From Phallusia mammillata (Eukaryota): DNA of 64,000 nucleotides. The position numbers and the translations under genes are program-made. Each line of letters begins with the position of its first letter. Within the stretch, counting starts at the first letter, position 1. This document shows, piece by piece, positions 1 through 11,232 of the stretch. The notes below the pieces were generated by a model. The model worked only from the letters and a program-made list of their open reading frames with translations. It was not told the origin of the DNA and did not search any database. The stretch lies in NCBI GenBank assembly GCA_965637545.1, contig OZ281498.1:2914001-2978000 (forward strand), given 5' to 3'.

Positions 1-1002
1 GATTTTTTCATGGGCATTTATCTGCTTGTTGTCATAGTGCAAGGAACTCGATTTTCTGGCTCGTATTGTTTGTTTGATAAGGAATGGAGATCAAGTAGTT
101 TGTGCTCAGCACTAGGAGCGCTTTCAGTTCTTTCTACAGAAGCTTCTGCCTTTACTATGACAGCTATGACTACTTTTCGTCTTGTGTCAGCCTATAAACC
201 ATTTACAGTTCAAAGTGTTGGTGTGAGAAGAGTTTTACTTGCTGAACTATTTTGCTGGATTTCATCCATTCTATTGGCAACCATTCCTTTGCTGAATGTT
301 ATTTCTGGATATTTTGTAACTGATGTTTGGTTTCCAAATTACTTCTTTGGAAGTGATTTTGTTTCCAGGCAGAACATGTCTCAACTTGCAGAAAGAATTA
401 CCAATGTGAAGCCTGAAAGCTGGAACGAAGTAAAACAAACAATCAATAAGGCCTTTCCACGTAGTCCTGTTCAGGGAGAGTTTGGATATTATGGAGAAAC
501 CAGTGTCTGTATGCCACGTTTGTTTGCCAAATCCAGTGAATTTGCTTGGGAATATTCAACATTTATCATCACAATTAACTTCCTTATGTTCATCTACATG
601 GTTATTGCATATGTTCTTATCTACAAACAGAGCAACCGCATGAAAGGATCCAGAAGCACTGATGTCAGCTCTAAGATGCAGAAGCGAATCTCGAGGTTGA
701 TTTTGACCGACTTCTGTTGCTGGATTCCGATTTGTATCATGGGATACTTGAGTGTTGGAGGAATCAAAATGCCACCGGATGCTTACGTGTTGAGCGCTTG
801 TCTGTTGCTTCCAATCAACAGCGCCCTCAATCCCTTGCTTTACTCAAAGGCAATTGAAGATCAATTGTCTAATGCAAAGAAATTTGTGGGGGCAAAGATA
901 TCCTCATTGCGAGCTTCCATAAATCGCTCATCGGATTTAGCGGTGAAATACAACGCCGATATTAACCAAGAAGGCGATGGAGTGATTGAAATCACGGGAT
1001 GA
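1..1002 (+). CDS. 3' part (TM2-TM7 and C-tail) of a GRL101/relaxin-receptor-like (LGR type C) rhodopsin-family GPCR; 5' end lies outside the window
   Basis: Frame open from base 1 (DFFMGIYLL...). LGR-type motifs: W-R-S-S-S-L-C before TM3, FGYYGETSVC in ECL2, LILTDFCCWIP in TM6, INSALNPLLYS (NPxxY) in TM7. No intron in about 1 kb. Confidence 0.88.
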   Translation, partial: DFFMGIYLLVVIVQGTRFSGSYCLFDKEWRSSSLCSALGALSVLSTEASAFTMTAMTTFRLVSAYKPFTVQSVGVRRVLLAELFCWISSILLATIPLLNVISGYFVTDVWFPNYFFGSDFVSRQNMSQLAERITNVKPESWNEVKQTINKAFPRSPVQGEFGYYGETSVCMPRLFAKSSEFAWEYSTFIITINFLMFIYMVIAYVLIYKQSNRMKGSRSTDVSSKMQKRISRLILTDFCCWIPICIMGYLSVGGIKMPPDAYVLSACLLLPINSALNPLLYSKAIEDQLSNAKKFVGAKISSLRASINRSSDLAVKYNADINQEGDGVIEITG

Positions 1003-2860
1003 ACTCAGTTTAAATAACATAAAACTTGTGTCAATGTCAAACATAATCGAATAAAACTCGAAAAAAACAAGTACAAATCGGACAAAAGTTCTGATTGTTG
1101 CTAAAACTAACTGATATTTTAAGTGATTCTATTGTATGAAATAATTTCCTGATAAATCTTGTGTTTTGTGAATATGTAACTGTAACCCATTTGTGTGAAT
1201 ATGTAGCGTATACAAAGCCTATTTGGGCAAAAATCTTTAAAAAAATAAGTTCCTGCAAATTAGAAGCCCCCCTCCCCTTTAAAGAAAAAGTTTATAACTT
1301 TGAATAAGAGACAAAAATGATTTGTAATGTTGTATGGCGTGAACCAATCGGTAAACGTTAATCTGGACATTTTTTGGACCAAACGGGTACGAAAAGGTAT
1401 ACTGTATTGATTACACATATATCAGTTGTACAGCGTATGTATAAAACCCACAGCATTGGTTAATGTCCAAACGCTGGCCGCGTAACGTGAATATAATCTT
1501 GCCCCCAGGGCTAATTAACTGTTGTTGTTCTGATGCTTTTTGTGGATTATTGTGCCTGATCTGCGCTGTCGCATTGAAAAGTGAACAGCCAATTGACTGT
1601 TTGCTAGTTTGTAACTTACAATTGAACACGTGTAAAACAAACGTTCAAGGAAAGTATGTTTTAAGAATAGCAAGTTACGTCGCGTTGTATGTTTTTTTAT
1701 AAGGCTTTCGTTGTTTTCAAATGACGTCACGACGTTAGTTTGAAACATTACGTTTACCACACTTACCTACCACACTAAAAAATTCGGTCTGTGTTATATG
1801 TTGCCTGTGTTTGATTTATTTGAAATCACCAATATTTGTTGTTTTTATCGCATGCAGATTGGTTATTATATTAAACGGAATTAAGCTTAGAATAAGTTAG
1901 TTTAGATTTGGGACAAGGCTACCATAGGCAAGGAATGAGAATTTAAATACTAAGATAACTGATATGAAATTTAAATCACAAATTGACTAAAATCCACTTA
2001 AAACCCAACCAGAGGACCATTATTCTGTATTTAACATTGGGTGAAAATAAAAAACACAAAACGAAACCCAAATAATGAGTACCATTTAAAGTCAAAGCTT
2101 TATTCAAAATCACTTTAATTTCCTCGAAAAGATCAATAATTTCCGGCTGCGTTGGAGCGCCATTTCTCTCTCTGTATCTTTTTTTGGCACTGCGGGGTTG
2201 ATAGCGGAGCTGTAAACTGACATGGACCCAAGCAAGGCCAGGATTGAGCCAGTTTCTTGAACTTGAATCCCAATCTCGAATTGATGCGAAAACCAAAACT
2301 TCATATAGATCTACAAAGCCAGTGCTTTTTCTGATTTTTGTTTGAAGAAAGGTTCCAATATCTGATGTTATAAACTGGGAAATGACTACTGGTTGAGTTA
2401 AGTGCAAAGTAGTAAAATATTACTGGAGATCCATCTTACCCCAGTAAAAAAAACTGTCTAATTGAAGTTAATTTTAACATTTTGTTGTTCTCGTTGCTCC
2501 ACAGTGAAAATAAAAATTCAATAATTGTTATTTAGAAGTACATTAAGAACGTTTTGTTTACGTGGTGAACGATCGGATCATTAAAGCAGTAACTATTAAG
2601 CTAATTAAACACAATGCAACAATATCCTAGGTCTGCGGCCGTGATTGTTATGTGACTTAGGGTGTTCAACCTTGTATGGTATTCAAATTACGTGGTGTTC
2701 GAATCCCACTTTTGCTAACATGTTTAATTCGTGTAAAGAACATAAGGCAAGTTATTTCAGTCAAATAGAAGTTTTTCGTATTGAGCAAAGTCATGCCTTT
2801 AATATCAATAATTGTTTACACCAGTTTCAATTAGTGGCCAATATAAATCGTTGGTAAATA

Positions 2861-4363
2861 ATGAAGTTCTTGTTATTGGCTTTGCTGTTGATTGTCGGGT
2901 GCGTGAAAGGTGAAGAATCGCTTGAGCATCGTGATGTTACAACTTCTAGTCCTTTTAGCTACAAATTCAGTGGCATTTGCCCCAAAAGCAGGTTTCAGTG
3001 TGATTGCTTCAACACCACTTGTAAAAGTCCTAACGGATGTATAGATGCTAGACTCCGGTGCAACATTGAACCTGATTGTCCAGACTGGAGTGATAAATTG
3101 AAGTGCACTTGTCCAGCTAATAAGTTTGCATGCGGCTGTTATAAAACAAAGACCTGCACATCTCGGTATCAGAGTTGCATGTACAAATTCTATCAATGCG
3201 ATGGACGAAATGACTGTGGAGATTGGAGCGATGAGATTAATTGTACTTGTCCAGCTAGTAGACCGTTCGAATGCGCATGTTACAAAACAAAAAGCTGCTC
3301 ACGTGACTGGGGTACTTGCCTTAACAAATACGGGCTATGCGATGGCAAAAACGGCTGTGGAGATTGGGGTGATGAAGCTAATTGCACTTGTCCAGCTGAT
3401 AGACAGTTTGAATGTGCTTGTTATAAAACAAAGAACTGTACGCGTCACTGGGGCTGCATTCAGAAATGGCTGCAATGGGATGGAAGGAATGACTGTGGAG
3501 ATTGGAGCGATGAATTTAATTGCACTTGCCCAGTTCGTAGACCGTTTGAATGTGCTTGTCGCAAAACGAAGAACTGTACAGGTGATGAAGGTTGCTTTAG
3601 TAGGGACATAGTTTGCAATGGACATAACAACTGTGGCGATTGGAGTGATGAAGTTAATTGCACTTTTCCAGCTGATAAGTTTGTGTGCGATTGCTACAAA
3701 ACAAAAAACTGCACCAACACCTACGGCTACATTAGCCGAAACCTACAATGTGATGGAAGAAATCACTGTGGAGATTGGAGTGATGAAGCTAATTGCACTT
3801 GTCCAGCTTATACGTTTGAATGCGATTGCTACAAAACAAAGAACTGTACAAGTGGCTTGGGCTGCATTAGCATATACGGGAAATGCAATGGAGTAAATGA
3901 CTGTGGAGATTGGAGTGATGAAGTTAACTGCACTTGTTCAGCTAATTATTTTGAGTGCGATTGCTACAAAACAAACAACTGTACACCTCGCTATGGTGCG
4001 GATGGTTGTATTAGCAAAGACAGTAAATGTAATGGAAGAAATGACTGTGGAGATTGGAGTGATGAAAAGAATTGCCCTTGCCCAACTAATCAATTTGAAT
4101 GCGATTGTCACCAAACACACAACTGCACAACTTGGTATCATGGTTGTATCACCAAAGTTTGGCAATGTAATGGAATTAATGACTGTGGAGATTGGAGTGA
4201 TGAAGTGAATTGCACTTGTTCAACTGATCAATTTGAATGTGCATGTGTTGGGACAAAACAATGCATTGGAATAAAGGGAAGTTGTATTGACCGATCTTTG
4301 ATATGTGATGGAAATCGTGATTGTTTTGACGGAAGCGACGAGTCGAAAAATACTTGTGGATAG
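2861..4363 (+). CDS. Secreted 500-aa protein: signal peptide plus 10 tandem LDL-receptor class A (complement-type) repeats, no TM segment, single exon
   Basis: Uninterrupted ORF. N-terminus MKFLLLALLLIVGCVKG is a hydrophobic signal peptide. Ten repeats of C-x-x-x-x-F-x-C...C-(D/N)G-x-x-DC-x-DWSDE-x-x-C with the acidic Ca-binding DxSDE motif. Confidence 0.88.
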   Translation: MKFLLLALLLIVGCVKGEESLEHRDVTTSSPFSYKFSGICPKSRFQCDCFNTTCKSPNGCIDARLRCNIEPDCPDWSDKLKCTCPANKFACGCYKTKTCTSRYQSCMYKFYQCDGRNDCGDWSDEINCTCPASRPFECACYKTKSCSRDWGTCLNKYGLCDGKNGCGDWGDEANCTCPADRQFECACYKTKNCTRHWGCIQKWLQWDGRNDCGDWSDEFNCTCPVRRPFECACRKTKNCTGDEGCFSRDIVCNGHNNCGDWSDEVNCTFPADKFVCDCYKTKNCTNTYGYISRNLQCDGRNHCGDWSDEANCTCPAYTFECDCYKTKNCTSGLGCISIYGKCNGVNDCGDWSDEVNCTCSANYFECDCYKTNNCTPRYGADGCISKDSKCNGRNDCGDWSDEKNCPCPTNQFECDCHQTHNCTTWYHGCITKVWQCNGINDCGDWSDEVNCTCSTDQFECACVGTKQCIGIKGSCIDRSLICDGNRDCFDGSDESKNTCG

Positions 4364-5148
4364 CTTTTAATAACTAAAATTGCCTGTGCATAGTGGACAA
4401 CTTTCAGCATGTTGACTGCATTTTACTCATTGTAATGTTTTTGTGACCGTTTAAGCTGAATCGTACATATATATATATACAAGGTTGTTACCGCAAGTTT
4501 GATTTACTTATCATTTTTGTCCTTGGAAAATGATTTTATTTGCACATTTCATAACATCACATGTAAATCTTTCTTCATGTTTGCCATAGCTTGTAAGAAC
4601 AAGCATCTTGTTTGCATTCAATACTTTCAGCAAATCAGTTGTTCAACTTGTATTTGCTGATAAGGAACATAAGCTATACGCACGGTTTTAAAAATAAACG
4701 CTCAACGTATCATAGATTGTTTGGAATTTCAGTTACAACTTTGTTTCACTTATCAAATCAAAACGCCAAGAGCTTTGGCATAGTGGCATAATAGAATGTA
4801 TATTATCGCACGGCTAATGATGAGATTGGTTTGAAAACCACATTTGGGTGAAATTAGTTTCTTTTAGCATGTATAAGACCAGTGATTGTTATGTGACTTA
4901 TTCAACCTTGTATGATCTTTAAACTTCACTCAGCCGAAGAACCTGCGTTGTTAGGTTCAGTAAATGATCTGATTTATTTTACTTCTATTGTGGGTTCGAA
5001 TCCCACTGTTGCTATTCGTGTAAAGAACATAAAGCAAGTCGATTTAGCAGAATAGTAGTTTTTCCTATTTTGCTGTTAATTTTTGTTTACAACCAGTTTC
5101 AATTGATGGTTTTACACAATTGGTAGAATTGGATATAAATACATAATA

Positions 5149-5351
5149 ATGTTCTGGTTATTGCTTTTGCTGTTAGTTATCGGATGCGTTAAAAGGTGAA
5201 GAACCACTTAAGCATTAGAGTGTTACCATTTCTAGTCCTTTCAGCTACAAATTCAGTGACATTTCTCCAAAAACAGGTTTCAGTGTGATTGCTTTAACAC
5301 CACTTGTCAAGTTCAAACGGATGTATAGATGCTAGAGTACGGTGCAACATT
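5149..5351 (+). pseudogene. Truncated, frameshifted duplicate of the 5' end of the LDLa-repeat gene (upstream region duplicated from about 4883)
   Basis: 4883-5351 aligns by eye to 2641-3070. An extra A in GTTAAAAGGTGA gives MFWLLLLLLVIGCVKR*. Homology stops abruptly after GGTGCAACATT, inside repeat 1. Confidence 0.85.
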
Positions 5352-7827
5352 AATTTGTTTAACTCCATGTACTTTATTTTAATTCGGCTGGGGGCGCAGT
5401 GCTGTTGATGTTGCTGACGTCATCGAGTTTTGTTTCTTCAGATATTGTTTGCTTTCGCTGAAGCGCAAGTCACGTGATGCGCTGTCGAGTTCCATCAACA
5501 AAAAGAAAAAAATAATGAACTGCAAAACAACATGTACGCAAGATTTCGTTTAGGTAATATATATTTACAGGATGGTGACATCACTTTGCCAAAAAGGGCG
5601 CAAGCAAAGTGTGTGTGTTTAGTTTCAACTATGAAATCTTACCTCCATTTCAAAAATATCGCAAATAAGCGTGATATCAAATTCCAACCTATAAGCGAAG
5701 ATGCAAAAAGTTGTGTTACAATAAACAGCAGAAAGCTAGTTCTTTAACCCGCGTCACAACAAAACAACATAGTTCAGATAGTGTAATATAGAATACATGA
5801 TATTTTGCTCATATGATCAATGCTTGTAGTTACATGAGTCTAAACAATATTGTGTAGCATCTCTTGTGACTTATGACGTCAATCAACGCCTCTACAGCTT
5901 GTAGAAGTGAAAATCTACGATATAGGGTAAAGGTTACTTTTGTAGCCTACAGTTCGAAAACCTGGTAAACCATTCAGGTAACTTTTTTAAAACCATGGTA
6001 GGAATACTACAGTGCGGTAAAAATGTAATACTGATGACATTAAACCCAAGTCTACCGACCTTCAGATACAACTGCCCCCTTTTCAGAATTTTGAAAATCC
6101 GTTTAATCATTTCACAATTATGCACTACCCCAATCCATTGAATGGGCCCTCTTTTTATCACATGTTAACAACTTGAAATCGTTGTTGTTGATAACCTTTG
6201 TGAGTCATACAATCTAACTAGTGTATATTTATACAATTTCGCAGATCCGTTTCGTTCTGCTAATCAAATCAATGCATTGGAAGTGATTCGCAACAGTACT
6301 CCACAACACAGATTATTCGTGGCTGCGTTCAAATGCCCTATAACCCACATCCACAGATGCTATTATTACGGGGTGCTCAACACGAAAGGAGAAATTGCCT
6401 TTTTACTGTTGTTTAACAATCTGCTGAGATTGTAACATTTCATCATTCTATTCAATTCCTTGTTGCAAAGTCCAATTCAATTGTTTAATGGGTGGTTACG
6501 TTTTTAATTCCGAAATCCTTCTTTTGTACGTTGAATGGCCGCAGGTTTACGGCTTTTTGAGGATTAGACAATATACGCAAGCCGCGTAAAAAGCATTTTT
6601 GTTTGATGTCACCCTTCATCTGACTGGAACCAAAGATGAAATATCTTGGGCATAAAGAGTCAGGTACAAAAAATGCGAAAGTATTTTTGACCTTCGCTCT
6701 ATGATCGTATGCAAGTCACTTTTGTATTAACTGAGCTCCGGGGTCACTCACTTTATACTTTAAATGTGTGATTGACTGTTAATAACATTTTCAATAACAT
6801 GCTACGTGCCTGGGTTTGATACAACCCTTATACAGCATATGTAACTTAAGTCAAAGTTGTAGAGTTGCAAACCGGTAGGACATCAAAATCCAACCCTGAA
6901 CAAAAGTACGATTTTTAAATGTGAAATTTGACACAATTAAGACTGAATGTAAAGTCAGGTCCGAACCAAGTCTGTTTCGATTTAAACTAAGCTATCCCCA
7001 ACAGACAAGCCCGGTCTGACGTACAGCTCTGCCTTACCTCATAGTCCACAAACTGCTGAGTAATCGGTGCATCGACCTTGTTTCACTTCGTCGCCATCGC
7101 GTTGTTTTCTCAGCTTGAACTTTCGCTTAGATATTACAGCGTCTAAATCACGCACCTCACGCGTGGGAATCTGTTGTACCAGCAATAACGGGCGACTAAA
7201 TTTTTCCCCTTTCGCAAAGCAGAATAGAGGGCAACACTTAAATGATGTTTAATGTAGGTTGTTTTGCGCCAAACATGTGCTTTAAGTTTGTAAGTGTATT
7301 ATGTCTTAAGTTATGTGGCCTGAGGAGAACGTTGAGACTATTAGGTTGGAAGTACGTGCTCTACTGGCTTTTCAATTAAATGTTAGCTGCCTCAAGCTTT
7401 TTAGTTTGGCAACATCAATTTTTATACAAGGCATCAATTGCCAGGTTAAAAGGACATTGAACGCGTCGTCTTGTTTGCTTATGTTGGACTTGAACGCATG
7501 GTGAACGTGGACCCAAATACCGACGGTTCTAGATCATGCCTCACACGAGAAGAGCTGATATAAAACTCATAGGGCACAGCAGCATGTTTTACCGTATCGG
7601 TAAGCAGCATAATAAGGAAATAACCTGATTTCTAATATTTAGGGTTCATGTACATGCCGGTTTGTTTAACGGTCATTCCTAATTTTAAGTGTTTTCAATT
7701 GGTTTGATCCGACAAATTTTTATCTTTGAGCAATTTAAAAGAGTTTACTAGTCTAAACTTGTTTAACAGTCATGGTTGTTTCACAGAAACTTTCTCAAAA
7801 AGATTGTATTACATTTGACTACTTGCA

Positions 7828-10800
7828 ATGAATTTTGCCAGTGACTACTTTTTTGAAACTGCAAACTTCCTAAAATGGAACCAAACCGAGGTTTTACTGG
7901 GATTCGCCGTTTTCATGTTGATCTACTACTGGTACCGAAAACCCCCGGGTTTCCCCCGTGGCCCCAGAGGTATACCCGTGCCAGGAGTGGTTCCATTTAT
8001 GGGTAAATTTTTCCAAGAACTTTGCGTGATTGGAGCAAGAAGTATGGAACCATAATGGGTGTGAGGCTTGGAAGAAGAGATGTGGTTGTGTTGAACGACT
8101 TTGATACAATACAAGAGGTAGACAAGCTTTTAGGGTAGTGGGTAATTTGGGAAACTCTAATCACAAAATTTTGCAACTCGACAATTGATGTACAAAATGA
8201 ACTGAGTTTGCACAATAATACCTATAACTTTATGTTCTTACGGTAAACGAGGATCGCTTTCTTAAGAGTTTAATGCATTTTAGGCATTAGTAAAAAACAA
8301 AGAATCCTTCTCCGGTCGTACGGTCAATAAACATTTTCACGGAATCGCTGCACGTAGCAACGACGCAACTTGGGAATCAATGCGACGATTTGGAATTACC
8401 ACTTTGCGAGGGTAGGAATGACTACCCATTTTATGTGTCAATAATAGAAGGTCGTAACCAAGACAAGATCTAAAAAGCGGGACATTTTTGCAGGGAGGAG
8501 GGGTGAATTCCAGCGTTTACTTTCAGATTGAGGTCGTGTTTCAAGTCTGCTGATAACTCTGTATTCGTCTCGATAAAACACATTGTACTTAATATTCAAA
8601 GCAGAATTAAACGTTGCTCCTTTTTTGTTCAATTATTATTTACATAACATACATTGCCAATTGGTATTTTTAGTTATTGCTGAGTCAGCAATTTTCTCAG
8701 AGATTACTATTTAACAATGTAATAAAGTAATCTTCACTTCTTATGTTGCGATACAATTGTCTTTAGATACGGCGTTGGCAAGAAAAGCATGCAGGAAAGA
8801 GTGCAAGACGAGGTTGGACATTTAAACGAAGTCATTCAACGCATGGAAGGAAAAGCTTTCGACATTCGAGTAAATAAAAGTTGTTTGCATAATTTGAAGT
8901 GTTTGCATACAAACTACAAACATGGTTCATTGTTTACTTATCATTAGCCCAACGTCATAACACTAAAAAAGTGAAGGTGGTAACTTACCAATATGCGCGA
9001 ATAACCATTCGTAATTTTTTCTGCAATAGCCTACCAGTCATTTTTGAATGCAGGTGTTTGCAAAACAACAAAGTCCAAAAACATTACGGGTGTAACGTGT
9101 AACAATACATTTAAGTTGTTGCATTGTATTTTGGCATTTTTAGCTGGCCTTGTCGAACGCGGTTTCAAACAACATATATAGTGTGATATTCGGACAAAGA
9201 TTCGACTACGACGATGAAAAGTTTCAGGACATGATGAACAATATATCAGACATGTAAGCAATTTATTTGTCACATGGGCCAAGCAACAAGCAAGTGTCTC
9301 AATGTTGTCACCATGTGATTTTAATATCAATGTGGAGAATAGGTTGGGTTGTTACTGACTTAAAACTGTGTTTTTCAGTAAATGCTTATCGAGTAATCTT
9401 ATTTTTGTGATGTAGTTGATATGTCCCTGGTAAAGTGAAACAGTAACAAAATGGATTGGTTATTTCAGCACGTTTAATTTCATGTTTTCTGATTTAAGCA
9501 AAGGCCATACAGCAGATCTCTTGTCACAAGCTGTACTGATGAGACCTTATAGGTCGAACAATAAGACCGCAACTGATTGTTTTGTTTTGCAACAGACTCT
9601 CCCATCCCGACGTAACGAAAACAGTTCGAATAGTAATGTGTCTGCCATTTCTCACAAGAACACCTTTTCTCGCCTAAAACATACAAAAGTTTCTAAAGTT
9701 CAATTCAAATGTGTTCGGTAAGATTTAGGCGGAAAAATTCAATTTTTCGGATAAAAAACTTGGAAAAACAACAACACAAAACTGTTGATCATTTTCCAGA
9801 TTTCGTTGCGAACATCATTTCAAACCACAAGAAGAGTTTTGACCCTGACCACTTACGTGATGTAATCGATGCCGACATTGCTGAAATTAATAAGGAAAAG
9901 ATATACTTCTCAATAAGTTAATGTACAAACGTTTTGTTTTAAATCTTGTGCTTGCATAGTTTGCCATCTGTGTGACTCGCACATATTATTGTGCAAATTT
10001 TAAAACGATGGCTCTATGGACATGTATGGGCTAAAACAGCAATTTGCGATCAATTTAAAATCAAAACTACGTTTTGCAGGATGATAATCTTCTTCACTTT
10101 ATTCGCGACCTTTTTATTGCTGGAACCGAAACGACAACGTCCACTCTGAGATGGGGAATCTTGTGTTTGCTTCACTATCCTGAGGAACATAGAAAGATGT
10201 ATCAGGAAATTTACAAAGTCCTTGGTAGGGGTTTAATTGGAACTGTCGCTTTTAAGTAGAACATCTTGAACGCTTTGACGAAGCATAATTTATCTATTTG
10301 TAGAAAAAACAGCAAAAAAAATTAAAATCCTTTCTCAAGGTCATGATGGGGTCGTGTCAATGTCACACCGATGTGGGCTTCCCTACACACAAGCATTTAT
10401 CGAGGAGGTTTACAGATACCGAACATTAGCACCACTTTCTCTTCAACATAAAACGACAGAAGACACCACGTTGAGGGGATTTTTTTAGTCCCAAAGGAAC
10501 AAGCGTAAGTATTTATACCCAAAATACATAGGATTCCAGTATGTTTGCCCAAATTAGAAGATTGCCTCCAAGTTGGAAGGTTGAAACTCAAATTTTAAAT
10601 GATATAAATATTGATATACTTTCATAAAACAAGATTGTGCCCAATATTTGGGCTGTGCACAACGACCCGAAGATTTTCAACCAACCAGAACGGTTTTCCC
10701 GAACGTCATCTTGACGCTGAACGCCGATTCGTCAAATCTTATCACGTGATTCCGTTCTCGGTTGGACCTCATTATTGTCTGGGAGAGCAGCTGGCCAGAA

Positions 10801-10948
10801 TAGAAGTTTTCATATTTCTCGTCAGTCTTGTTCAAAAATTTGAGTTTCTTCCTGACCCTGAGACCGGGGAGTTGCCCGATATCGATGCCGGGGTGGTATT
10901 AATGGTTTTATACCACCTCCCTATGCAGTTGTTGCTAAGGAACGTTAA
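7828..10948 (+). pseudogene. Cytochrome P450 (CYP2 clan) pseudogene, 9 exons: 7828-8117, 8284-8411, 8767-8869, 9144-9253, 9596-9717, 9800-9912, 10080-10224, 10340-10504, 10634-10948
   Basis: Exon-for-exon paralog of 15975-20396. Lesions: 1-nt deletion in exon 1, in-frame TAA at 9675-9677, exon-6 donor GT>AT at 9913, 1-nt insertion creating TAG in exon 8, and further indels in exon 9. Confidence 0.9.
9515..9558 (+). mobile_element. 3'-truncated copy of the hammerhead repeat in intron 4 of the CYP pseudogene
   Basis: GATCTCTTGTCACAAGCTGTA-CTGATGA-GACC(TTATA)GGTC-GAA matches 60564-60607. Absent at the equivalent position of the intact CYP paralog. Confidence 0.65.
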
Positions 10949-11232
10949 TGTCCGGTCTCTGGTGGCCAATTATATTCAGAAATAAATTCCGCAATTGCCA
11001 CCCCTGTAGTATAGTTGAAGTAATTTGCGTTGACAGTTTTAGTTGCTAACTCAGACTACAAATATTTTGTGATTTTAAGTTTTCGTGCTTGAATTTATTT
11101 GTACACAATCATTTTGCACTCTTGATTATTTTTGTTGGGATAAATTGTTCTTTTTACCAGCTTAAGACTTTTCATGTCACGAAACAGGTCTTAGTGCACC
11201 AACAAACTGTTTGTGAGATTTATGCTTTTATA

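Noticed and set aside
1976-2407. 143-aa minus-strand ORF, faintly transposase-like
   Set aside because: No motif I can name with confidence; would need a BLASTX/HMM search.
2873-4410. Overlapping alternative-frame and antisense ORFs over the LDLa gene, and many 60-110 aa ORFs over EGF exons
   Set aside because: Shadows of repetitive Cys-rich coding sequence or chance ORFs in introns.
4364-4430. Possible decayed 11th LDLa repeat after the stop codon (NCLCIVDNFQ..DC in another frame)
   Set aside because: The similarity is too short and weak to separate from chance.
4990-5008. GTGGGTTCGAATCCCAC tRNA T-arm-like hairpin (also about 2692-2709)
   Set aside because: An isolated arm with no acceptor, D or anticodon arms; at most a SINE relic.
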